Positions 8,324 through 16,176 of a stretch of DNA of 18,195 nucleotides are shown in pieces. The position numbers and the translations under genes are program-made. The DNA comes from Promethearchaeota archaeon (GTDB lineage Archaea > Asgardarchaeota > Lokiarchaeia > Sigyniarchaeales > SOKP01), in assembly GCA_016930515.1 (NCBI GenBank), contig JAFGGO010000131.1, positions 1 through 18,195 on the forward strand, read 5' to 3'. Numbering within the stretch: position 1 is the stretch's first letter; each line of letters opens with the position of its first letter. The notes beneath the pieces are model-generated. The model ran no database searches, had not been told where the DNA came from, and saw nothing but the letters and a program-made list of their open reading frames with translations.

Positions 8324-8510
8324 TCGATTATTATTCATTTAGTTAGATGGGGTAAATCTCTTCTATTTATTCAAAAGATATTAGATTTAGTTGAGAGCTT
8401 AAAGATTTATGAGATAAGAACAATTTCAATTAAAGAAAATTTCTGAGAAAACGCAATTGAAAGATGCTTCTTTCTAATAAAACATTGAAGAGTATGAGAT
8501 TAAAATCTAA
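8324..8510 (+). pseudogene. Probable decayed serine recombinase (resolvase/invertase) fragment
   Basis: Manual translation SIIIHLVRWGKSLLFIQKILDLVESLKIYEIRTISIKENF*ENAIERCFFLI, then after a +1 shift IEEYE. This follows the resolvase consensus LDRxGRS...L.LVE.L...I..ISI.E.FD.....GR.FF.I...AEFE. No start codon, internal TGA at 8444, one frameshift. Confidence 0.45.
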
Positions 8511-8668
8511 TGTTGCTATAAGAGATTTTTTTTTATAGATTCTTTTAAGAAAAAAGGGCTAATCCCTAAGACTAAAAGATTAAAATTATTAAGAAATCTA
8601 TTACTATTCCCTAAAAACACATATTAAATGAACCGAATTCGTTATAATTTTTAAGTGAGGAAAAATTC

Positions 8669-10606
8669 TTGACAATTCCGAAAGATGTTGAATATTTATT
8701 CAAACCCATCAAGATTGGTAATGTAGAAATAACTAATAGAATAATGATGGCTCCTATGGGGACGCGTTTGGCTCGAGATGGGAAAGTTTCTGATAAAATG
8801 CTTGATTATTACGCAGAAAGAGCTATAGGTGGTGTTGGTTTGTTAATAGTTGAAATGGCCATACCGGATTTTCCTAGAGGATGCACGATTGGTGGGCTGA
8901 TGCTAGGAGCGGATAATGATAAATTTTTACCAGGATTAAAAAGACTAGCAGATACGATCAAACGAGAAGGTCCGGTAGCCATGATTGAACTATCTCACGG
9001 TGGGAGGTATTGCCATAGCAAATACACTAATCTCCAACCGATTGCACCTTCTGTTATAACATCCAAACAGGCATTATTGAGTGAAATGCCTAGAGAATTA
9101 ACTACTGAAGAAGTAGAAGACTTAATCGAGACTTTTGGAGATTCTGCAAGGCGATGTGCTCAAGCAGGATTTCAAGGAGTGGAATTAATGGGTACTACGG
9201 GATATTTAATAAATCAATTCGCTTCTCCACTAACAAATCAAAGAACTGATAGATTTGGGGGTAAAACACCAGCGGGGCGAGCCACATTTATAGTAGAAAT
9301 TATAAAAAACATTCGTAAGAAATTAGGAAATAATTATCCAATTCTTTACAAAATTAGCTGTGAAGAATACGTGCCTGGGGGGACTACTATTGAGGATGCG
9401 CTGATTATAGCAAAAAGAGCTGAACAAGCGGGGGCTTCATTGATCCACGCATGGTTAGGTTGGCACAAATCCCCGAAGCCTATTTTACCCATGTCCGTGC
9501 CCAGAGGCGCTTTCGTTCATCTTGCAGAAGCAATGAAAAATGCGGTAAATATTCCAATCATAACGGGCGGTAGGATAAACGATCCCCGATTAGCGAATCA
9601 AATCATAAAAGAAGGAAGAGCAGATATGGTTCATATGGGGAGAGCCTTTTTTGCCGATCCTTATTTTCCAAAAAAAGCGTTAAAAGGGGAATTTGACGAT
9701 ATTAGAATGTGCATAGGATGTTGTCGATGTTTCGATCAAGTCCCAAAATTAAAACAAATCACATGTTCTGTAAATGCAGAGGTTGGGAAGGAAGGATATA
9801 AATTAGGAAAAGCAGAAAAATCGAAAAAGGTATTAATTATTGGTGGGGGACCTGCTGGAATGGAGGCAGCTAGAGTTGCATCATTAAGGGGGCACGAAGT
9901 AATATTATGGGAGAAAAATAGAATGCTTGGAGGAAATCTGATTTTAGCTACAATTGCGCCCTATAAAGAGGAGATCAAATGTTTAATAAATTATTTAACC
10001 TATCAGATGAAAAAATTAGGTGTTAAAGTTGAACTTGGAAAAGTAGCTACAGTTGAGGCCGTATTAAATGCAAATGCAGATGAAGTAATTGCAGCTATTG
10101 GCGGGTTACCAATTGTTCCTGATATACCAGGAGTAGATAGTAAGATTGTAGAATCAAGTATTGATGTATTAAATGGAATTGTAGATACGGGTGATAAGGT
10201 GGTAATTGTTGGGGGCGGAATGATTGGATGTGAAACAGCGGAATATTTAGCCTCTAAAGGTAAAGATGTTACAATAATAGAAACATTCCCAAAAATCGCT
10301 CGAGATATTGGAGCAAGTATGCGGTGGTCAATTGTGATGAGGCTTAAAAAATGGGGAATTAACCTCCTGACTTCTTCTAATGTTTTGAAAATAATTGATA
10401 AAGGGATTCTCGTAGAAAATGAAGGTAAAACGCAAATAATTAAAGCAGATACAATTGTTATTGCAATGGGTATTAAATCGAATGATGAATTAATTAATTC
10501 ATTAAAAGATAAAATACCATATTTGCACATATTAGGAGACTGTAAAACACCAGCTAGAATTTTGGAAGCAATCCACGAGGGCTATTGGATAAATCAGAAT
10601 TTTTAA
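8669..10606 (+). CDS. NADH:flavin oxidoreductase (Old Yellow Enzyme family with Fe-S and FAD domains), 2,4-dienoyl-CoA reductase FadH-like
   Basis: NRIMMAPM; ELMGTTGYLINQF and GWH...VPR resemble FadH (EIMGSEGYL, GWHE); Fe-S motif CIGCCRC...TCSVN; GGGPAG and GGGMIG dinucleotide-binding motifs; TTG start preceded by GTGAGG. Confidence 0.88.
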   Translation: MTIPKDVEYLFKPIKIGNVEITNRIMMAPMGTRLARDGKVSDKMLDYYAERAIGGVGLLIVEMAIPDFPRGCTIGGLMLGADNDKFLPGLKRLADTIKREGPVAMIELSHGGRYCHSKYTNLQPIAPSVITSKQALLSEMPRELTTEEVEDLIETFGDSARRCAQAGFQGVELMGTTGYLINQFASPLTNQRTDRFGGKTPAGRATFIVEIIKNIRKKLGNNYPILYKISCEEYVPGGTTIEDALIIAKRAEQAGASLIHAWLGWHKSPKPILPMSVPRGAFVHLAEAMKNAVNIPIITGGRINDPRLANQIIKEGRADMVHMGRAFFADPYFPKKALKGEFDDIRMCIGCCRCFDQVPKLKQITCSVNAEVGKEGYKLGKAEKSKKVLIIGGGPAGMEAARVASLRGHEVILWEKNRMLGGNLILATIAPYKEEIKCLINYLTYQMKKLGVKVELGKVATVEAVLNANADEVIAAIGGLPIVPDIPGVDSKIVESSIDVLNGIVDTGDKVVIVGGGMIGCETAEYLASKGKDVTIIETFPKIARDIGASMRWSIVMRLKKWGINLLTSSNVLKIIDKGILVENEGKTQIIKADTIVIAMGIKSNDELINSLKDKIPYLHILGDCKTPARILEAIHEGYWINQNF

Positions 10607-10634
10607 ATATTTCTTATACAGAATTTCAATGTAA

Positions 10635-10680
10635 TTTTTTTTGGTTTTAATTGGAACATGCGATTAATTCCCAAAAAAAA
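10635..10680. terminator. Convergent oligo-T terminators between the oxidoreductase and maoC genes
   Basis: T8 at 10635-10642 on + and A8 at 10673-10680 (T8 on -), between convergent stop codons. Confidence 0.4.
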
Positions 10681-10738
10681 TCTTAATCAATTGGAAAAAT
10701 GAAGGCATAATATTTAACTATAATCTAATAAACAGAAT

Positions 10739-11179
10739 TCAAGCAAAAATAATCTGAGCTTCTCCATCAGTTACTACTTCTTCGTTTTGATTATAAACGA
10801 TTGTTTCTACCGTCAAAAATTTTAGCTTTCCGTCTTTTTTCGTAAATTTATCCGTAATCGTACATATAACTTTAAGCGTGTCCCCTAAAAAGACCGGCTT
10901 TTTAAAAGTGGCTTGTTGGGATCCATATAATATGCCTGGCCCAAATAATTTAACACCCAAGCACGCAGAAATCAAACCCACGCTGAGCACGCCGTGAGCA
11001 ATTCTTTTTCCAAACATTGTAGTCTTAGCGTATTCTTCGTTCACGTGTATTGGATTGTAATCTCCCGTGATATCGGCGAACTTTTCTACTTCAGTAGAAG
11101 TCACTGTTTTAACATGTTCTGCAGAATCACCGATGTTATAATCTTCCCATTTTACTAGTTTGATTTCGTTTTGAGTCAT
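10739..11179 (-). CDS. MaoC/PhaJ-like (R)-specific enoyl-CoA hydratase (hotdog fold)
   Basis: Hydratase-2 motif FADITGDYNPIH, RIAHG, FKKPVFLGD. ATG at 11179 is preferred over the track's TTG at 11218 because the extra 13 codons read as a promoter (GAAAAA-TATTTTTAAT 25-35 nt upstream), implying a near-leaderless mRNA. Confidence 0.9.
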   Translation of the reverse strand: MTQNEIKLVKWEDYNIGDSAEHVKTVTSTEVEKFADITGDYNPIHVNEEYAKTTMFGKRIAHGVLSVGLISACLGVKLFGPGILYGSQQATFKKPVFLGDTLKVICTITDKFTKKDGKLKFLTVETIVYNQNEEVVTDGEAQIIFA

Positions 11180-11380
11180 GATTATAATTAATATGGGAAG
11201 ATTAAAAATATTTTTCAATCAAAATTAGTTGTTAGAAGGATATTCAAATACTTACTATTAATTAGGCCCTTCTAATAATCCAGCACATTTATGCGTTACT
11301 GTTTGGTTTTATTTAATAAATGAGACGAATGAAGAATATACATTCTCAAGATTTTTTAAATTTCTAATGCTTTTTAATAA

Positions 11381-12583
11381 TTGATGGTTGCTTGGTTGCA
11401 AAACAATCCAAAAATTAATATCAATTCGGTTGGTTTTATTATATTTTTTTTGTTAACTTGTGGAGCAATTCTTATAACTGCTCCAAACATTCAGAATAGC
11501 AAAATAACTCTTTCATTTAACGGAAATGAAGCATTAAATCACGTTTCAGTACAAATAAGCTTAAATACCACGCATTACCGAACCCCAGGAACTAAAGGAA
11601 GGCAAGATTGTGCTAATTATTTTGTTAACGAGTTTCAAGATATCTCTTTAAATATCACGCAAATTTTTCATAATTTTTCGGTAAATTCAATTTCCTGTCA
11701 GAATGTCCTATTTAAAATGAACGAAAACAAGAATAACATCGTTATATTGGCCGCTCATTACGATTCTCGCGCTAAGGCGACAAAAGATCCCGATCTCAAC
11801 TTGAGAAATAACCCCATTCCGGGCGCAAACGACGGCGCTAGCGGATGCGCAGTTCTTTTAGAGCTGGCAGAACGATTATATCAACGATTAAATACTTTAG
11901 GTTGCCAATTATGGTTTTTATTTTTCGACGCAGAGGATCAAGGAGAAGATAGCGGAGGTTACGGATTAAATGGTTGGGATTGGTGCGAAGGATCCAATAA
12001 GTTTGTAGAAGATTTATCTCTTTTTTACGATTCTACTGAGGAAACCTTTGAGTGCATGATCCTTTTAGACATGGTTGGAGGGACGAACCTTCAATTCATC
12101 GCCGAACAATATTCTACATCCTCCTTGTTAGACGAGTTATTTGAAATCGGAAGACAATTAGGATATACGTACCAGTTTCCCTTATTAAGGACTTCAAGTT
12201 CAATCACGGACGATCACATCGCTTTTATCGATCGTGGCATTCCTTCAGCAGATTTAATCATAAATTTCTGGGATAATCCTCTCTGGCCTTATCATCATAC
12301 TCTCAATGACGATATCAATTCAATATCTTCATATAGTCTTGAGGTTACAGGAAAGACGTTAGAACAATTTATTTACAATAACTATTTAATCCCCGAAAGT
12401 CTTAAATATTCAAGTAATGCTCCTTGGTTGTTCGATATGAACGCAATGGATTCCACGATTGTGATTCTTTTATTAGTAATGGGTTTTATACTCGCTTTAT
12501 TGGGCTTGGGATCCTATTTAATCAAGCAAAGAAAGGATAAAAAAAGTCAAGTTCAAATCGATTCTTCAACTAAAAAAGCATGA
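11381..12583 (+). CDS. M28-family Zn metalloenzyme, glutaminyl cyclase (type II)-like, with N-terminal signal/TM and C-terminal TM anchor
   Basis: AAHYDSR, PGANDGASG, FFDAEDQG, LLDMVG, DDH and YHHT motifs; hydrophobic segments at both ends. Start could be 11381, 11384 or 11396. Confidence 0.85.
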   Translation: MMVAWLQNNPKININSVGFIIFFLLTCGAILITAPNIQNSKITLSFNGNEALNHVSVQISLNTTHYRTPGTKGRQDCANYFVNEFQDISLNITQIFHNFSVNSISCQNVLFKMNENKNNIVILAAHYDSRAKATKDPDLNLRNNPIPGANDGASGCAVLLELAERLYQRLNTLGCQLWFLFFDAEDQGEDSGGYGLNGWDWCEGSNKFVEDLSLFYDSTEETFECMILLDMVGGTNLQFIAEQYSTSSLLDELFEIGRQLGYTYQFPLLRTSSSITDDHIAFIDRGIPSADLIINFWDNPLWPYHHTLNDDINSISSYSLEVTGKTLEQFIYNNYLIPESLKYSSNAPWLFDMNAMDSTIVILLLVMGFILALLGLGSYLIKQRKDKKSQVQIDSSTKKA

Positions 12584-13373
12584 TAATCGATAAAACAACT
12601 AACATTAATGCGATAAACACTTGAAGTGTGAATTTTGGAATCTTTTTTAAATATTTGGCACCTATAATTGAACCAAATACAGATCCAATTGCTATGATCA
12701 AGCCAAGTAGGAAATCCACGACACCTAATATCGATTTAATGACGGTATTAAAGGCTGTTGTGAAAAATATTATTGATGTGGACAAAGCAACAGATTGATG
12801 TATTGAAAATAACATAATCATGTGTAAGGCAGGAACATAAACAACGCCCCCCCCAATACCGAGTAAATTAACTAAGAATCCTCCAAATAAAAAAAGTGGA
12901 ATGCCTTTTTTTAAATCTGTCTTATTAAAATCCCCAAATCGCTTTTCTATTAAGATATTTTGATCATTATCGTCCTTATATTTAATCCCCTTTCTTGCCC
13001 GATTAAGCAAAATAAATCCCATTATAATTAAAACAACCGCAAAGATAATCTTTAAAATATCGTTATTGATAGGAAATAATATCTGAAAGAGTATAGTACA
13101 TATTAAGCTCCCCATTATCGAAAAAAACGAAAAAAGAAGCGCCAAACGAAGATTCGTAGCTTTATTTTTAAGATGCATGACGAATCCTGCACCAGACGAA
13201 ATTAATATGATAAAAGTTGAAGTACCAACGGCAATATTTATTGGGCGAAGGAAAATTAATGTAATGAGAGGCACATACATGACACCACCCCCTATTCCCG
13301 AAAGTGAACTTAGAACGCCGATAGAGAATCCAAGGACAAGAACAATCAAAATAATGTCGACAGTGAACTGCAT
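12570..13373 (-). CDS. Sulfite exporter TauE/SafE (TSUP) family membrane protein
   Basis: Duplicated GIGGGVxYVP motif, AVGTS/VALS, about 8 TM helices; 14-bp convergent overlap with the M28 gene. Confidence 0.9.
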   Translation of the reverse strand: MQFTVDIILIVLVLGFSIGVLSSLSGIGGGVMYVPLITLIFLRPINIAVGTSTFIILISSGAGFVMHLKNKATNLRLALLFSFFSIMGSLICTILFQILFPINNDILKIIFAVVLIIMGFILLNRARKGIKYKDDNDQNILIEKRFGDFNKTDLKKGIPLFLFGGFLVNLLGIGGGVVYVPALHMIMLFSIHQSVALSTSIIFFTTAFNTVIKSILGVVDFLLGLIIAIGSVFGSIIGAKYLKKIPKFTLQVFIALMLVVLSIIMLF

Positions 13374-13542
13374 TAAATATTAAGAACCTCGTAAAATAGA
13401 TTTGGCTTTTAAAGCGATAAATTATTGTATTATGGATACCAATGTTAAAAATAGATTAAAAAACTTAGCATGATTTTTATTGTAAAAATTCATGTATTAC
13501 AAAAGGATCTCAAAAAAAAATACTATTTTTTCGCAAATAAAA

Positions 13543-14130
13543 ATGGAAAAGTCTTATTATCAGAATAAAGACACGGGAGAAAAAAAAGAAAAAAAGAAAT
13601 CTTCAAAGAAGACAATTATCATTACTGTTGTATTACTAATTTTAGCCGTTTCTAGCTCTTTCATTTTTTATTACATATTGCAAGTAGCATTGAGAACAAG
13701 CACTCCCGTAGTTGTGGTTATCTCTGATTCAATGGAACCAACGATTTCGAAGGGTGACCTCCTATTCGTTCAAGGCGAGGAAGGCGATGATATCCAAAAT
13801 CAATCAATAATCGTCTTTTGGGGGGGTCTTAGCGATCCAATAGTTCATCGAGTCATAGATAAAGTTCTCATCGATGATACTTGGTACTTCCGAACGAAAG
13901 GGGACGCAAACTCGCGCGACGACGGCCTCGTTAGCGAGAGTAAGGTCTTAGGCGTGGTTACGGGATGTATCCCATACATAGGATGGGTAAAAATCATTCT
14001 TACCGAAAGTGATGTTTTAATTCCTTTAATTGTCATGGTTATTATATTAATTGTTATTAGTATTGGTTGGGACATTATTAAAGAAAAAAGGGAAGAAACA
14101 GATAAAGAAAGAGAAAAAGGCGATTTGTAA
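13543..14130 (+). CDS. Signal peptidase I, archaeal/eukaryotic ER type (S26B, Sec11-like)
   Basis: VVISDSMEPT (catalytic Ser), PIVHRV (His), TKGDAN; TM helices at both ends. ATG 13543 preferred; ATG 13492 is possible. Confidence 0.92.
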   Translation: MEKSYYQNKDTGEKKEKKKSSKKTIIITVVLLILAVSSSFIFYYILQVALRTSTPVVVVISDSMEPTISKGDLLFVQGEEGDDIQNQSIIVFWGGLSDPIVHRVIDKVLIDDTWYFRTKGDANSRDDGLVSESKVLGVVTGCIPYIGWVKIILTESDVLIPLIVMVIILIVISIGWDIIKEKREETDKEREKGDL

Positions 14131-14153
14131 CAAAATTTAAAAAAGGGTTACAA
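14125..14153 (+). promoter_or_regulatory. Putative alba promoter: TATA box bracketed by a 7-bp inverted repeat
   Basis: TTGTAAC (14125-14131)-N15-GTTACAA (14147-14153) enclosing TTTAAAAA (14136-14143). Confidence 0.5.
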
Positions 14154-14163
14154 TTCCTAATAG

Positions 14164-14229
14164 TAGGTTTACATTTGTAAATTATCGAGGTGAACCTAAA
14201 GAACCGTTATGAAGAAATCCTTATAGCGG
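14164..14229 (+). promoter_or_regulatory. Two-hairpin structured 5' leader (or small RNA) upstream of alba
   Basis: TAGGTTTAC (14164-14172) pairs with GTGAACCTA (14190-14198); CCGTTATGA (14204-14212) pairs with TTATAGCGG (14221-14229); both stems use G-U pairs on the + strand. Confidence 0.5.
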
Positions 14230-14278
14230 ATAAAACAAAGACGATAAATAGAACGCAAAAACAATACAACAAATTAAT

Positions 14279-14285
14279 AGGAGGT
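14279..14285 (+). promoter_or_regulatory. Strong Shine-Dalgarno site of alba
   Basis: AGGAGGT 7 nt before ATG 14293. Confidence 0.8.
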
Positions 14286-14292
14286 TATACTT

Positions 14293-14571
14293 ATGGCTAA
14301 AGAAGAAAACGCTGTGTTTGTCGGCCGCCGCCCTACCATGAATTATGTGATGGCAGCGATGATGGTCCTAAACAAGGGAGAAGAATGCACGGTGAAAGCG
14401 AGAGGCAGGGCAATTTCACACGCTGTTGATGTTTGCGAGATCTTGAAGAATCGCTTTTTAAAAGGAGTGGAATACAAGAACATAACTCTTGCGACAGAAC
14501 AGCTTGAAGGCGACAAAGAACAATCGAGTAACGTATCAAGCATTGAGATCGTGTTAGCTCCACCAAAATAA
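14293..14571 (+). CDS. albA: DNA/RNA-binding chromatin protein Alba
   Basis: VFVGRRPTMNYV, KARGRAISHAVDV, NRFL, VSSIEIVL; 92 aa; strong SD. Confidence 0.96.
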   Translation: MAKEENAVFVGRRPTMNYVMAAMMVLNKGEECTVKARGRAISHAVDVCEILKNRFLKGVEYKNITLATEQLEGDKEQSSNVSSIEIVLAPPK

Positions 14572-14629
14572 GCAAATATACGACCTACACGATTAGAAAC
14601 TACGAAAACAAGAAAACATTGAAATTAGG

Positions 14630-14646
14630 TTTTTTTTATTTTATTT
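14630..14646 (+). terminator. Oligo-T terminator of alba
   Basis: T8-ATTTTATTT about 60 nt after the stop codon. Confidence 0.45.
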
Positions 14647-14860
14647 CCTCTATCTTATATATACTTAATTTACCTGTAATTTATTAAATTCCTTATTTAA
14701 ACAAAAATTTCTATTAAAATAAGAAAATTTTATTTGAACAGTGTAAAGTGAATTTTAGATTCAAATCTTTTGAGGCTTTAACCCCTTCCTGGGTAAGTTT
14801 TTAGCTCATTAATTATAGAACAGTTTCCCATTAATAAAAAAGAAGAAAAAATCTTTTTTT

Positions 14861-15877
14861 TTATTTTAGTCGAAATTTTTGACTGTAAATTATCATGCAA
14901 GTAGCTATCACCGAAATAATTAAGACGGGTATTGGAAACGATGGGACTATGAATAAATCTTCAATAGCAGTCGATAAACTCGTGCTTTCGTCTATCGATA
15001 CACGATTGATCGCGTAAATGCAAGCTTGAATGGCGTTGTTTAGCGATTCTTCCACTCTATCGTAATACATGATTTTGATCGGATCGGTTTCGGAAACCCT
15101 TGACGCAACAGTCAGCGCCCACCCCGTGAAAAAATTATCGTGCATCCACTTGGCGTCCCTGACTGTAGTTTCTGCAGGATTAGGATCTTTATATGTATCC
15201 CATCCAAGAGACATTGAAACATCGTAAGGTGATTGTGAAGCATAATTAAATGTTCTGAGTGAGAAAAATTCAAATAAGTTATTGTAATCGTTAGTTCGCG
15301 ATTGAATATAACTTTCATATTGAGCATGATGTTCGTCAAAATCAGTCGAAGGATATGGATCAACATTATTTCTAGCGATATGAGCGTAAACGGCGAGGTC
15401 ACTAATATAATGCGTCATTGCTCCAATATAATAAGCTGCAAGATCGAGTTTTCCTTCAGAAAAATTTCCACTAGCCCATTGTCCCATTAATCTAGCTCGT
15501 GAACTTGAATCGTCTTCCTCATAAACGATGCTACCATCTTCCTTGTAATAATTATGATGTAGAGAAGTGTCTCCAAACCCTTTCACATTTTCTCCATCGA
15601 AAACATCGTTAACACCAGCATTATCGGGAGCTTCGGTGCCTAAAAACACGATTTCTAGTCTGTCAGACAACCATGCGTACGAATTGGATTTTAATTTTAA
15701 GTAGTTTATCGCATTAAGGGCAATCCAATCATGTGTGCCAAAATCCATGTCAAAATCATAAGCAAAATGATTATCAGCATAAGACCCGCTTGAAAAACTC
15801 CTACTAAAGGGTATTATAGCGATTAAGGCTCCTATACTTAATAGAATTAGAAAAAATAATTTTTTATTCGTCCTCAT
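14861..15877 (-). CDS. Secreted, C-terminally anchored zinc-dependent phospholipase C / P1-nuclease-fold protein
   Basis: Signal peptide; GTHDWIA, GTEAPD, HHNYY, GAMTHYISD, HIA and HAQYE Zn-ligand motifs; C-terminal VPSFP + TM helix + basic end. Confidence 0.85.
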   Translation of the reverse strand: MRTNKKLFFLILLSIGALIAIIPFSRSFSSGSYADNHFAYDFDMDFGTHDWIALNAINYLKLKSNSYAWLSDRLEIVFLGTEAPDNAGVNDVFDGENVKGFGDTSLHHNYYKEDGSIVYEEDDSSSRARLMGQWASGNFSEGKLDLAAYYIGAMTHYISDLAVYAHIARNNVDPYPSTDFDEHHAQYESYIQSRTNDYNNLFEFFSLRTFNYASQSPYDVSMSLGWDTYKDPNPAETTVRDAKWMHDNFFTGWALTVASRVSETDPIKIMYYDRVEESLNNAIQACIYAINRVSIDESTSLSTAIEDLFIVPSFPIPVLIISVIATCMIIYSQKFRLK

Positions 15878-16176
15878 TTTTCTTCTATTTTATAATGTAT
15901 TAATTGTTATTAGGAAGCGAGATATTTAAGTTTGAGGGAATATTACTTACCAAAATCCATTTTAATTATTATATATTTACGATATATTTTATTCCTCGAA
16001 CTTCATTTCGTTTTTGTCGGATATTTGTGTCAAATTTTCTTTAGATGTATATTAATGATAAGCTAGAGCGTTAATCAAAAATCAATTTATTCATTATCTC
16101 GCTCTTGGATTCTAATCTTCTTCTTTTTATATTTAAAAAAAGACAGTTCTAAAAATTAGTAATAGAAAACAGAGAA

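Noticed and set aside
8444-8446. In-frame TGA as a possible selenocysteine codon (Lokiarchaeia encode selenoproteins)
   Set aside because: It lies in a startless, frameshifted relic at a non-Cys position, with no SECIS-like element nearby.
12570-12583. 14-bp convergent overlap of the M28 and TauE genes
   Set aside because: Short tail-to-tail overlaps are common in compact archaeal genomes.
14204-14229. Hairpin containing ATGA...AAA as a possible eukaryote-like SECIS
   Set aside because: The stem is too short, ATGA is paired without an opposing GA quartet, and neither flanking gene has an internal UGA.
14730-14831. Minus-strand stretch reading ...LMS*KLTQEGVKASKDL, faintly like a GYD-domain N-terminus
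   Set aside because: Only about 10 matching residues, interrupted by stops; cannot be told from chance without a search.
14833-14865. 13-bp A/T inverted repeat at the PLC stop codon
   Set aside because: Low-complexity A and T runs, adequately explained as terminator-type tracts.
15878-16176. Remaining non-coding stretch upstream of the PLC gene
   Set aside because: No convincing ORF, repeat, tRNA or stable structure found by eye; probably promoter plus decayed sequence.
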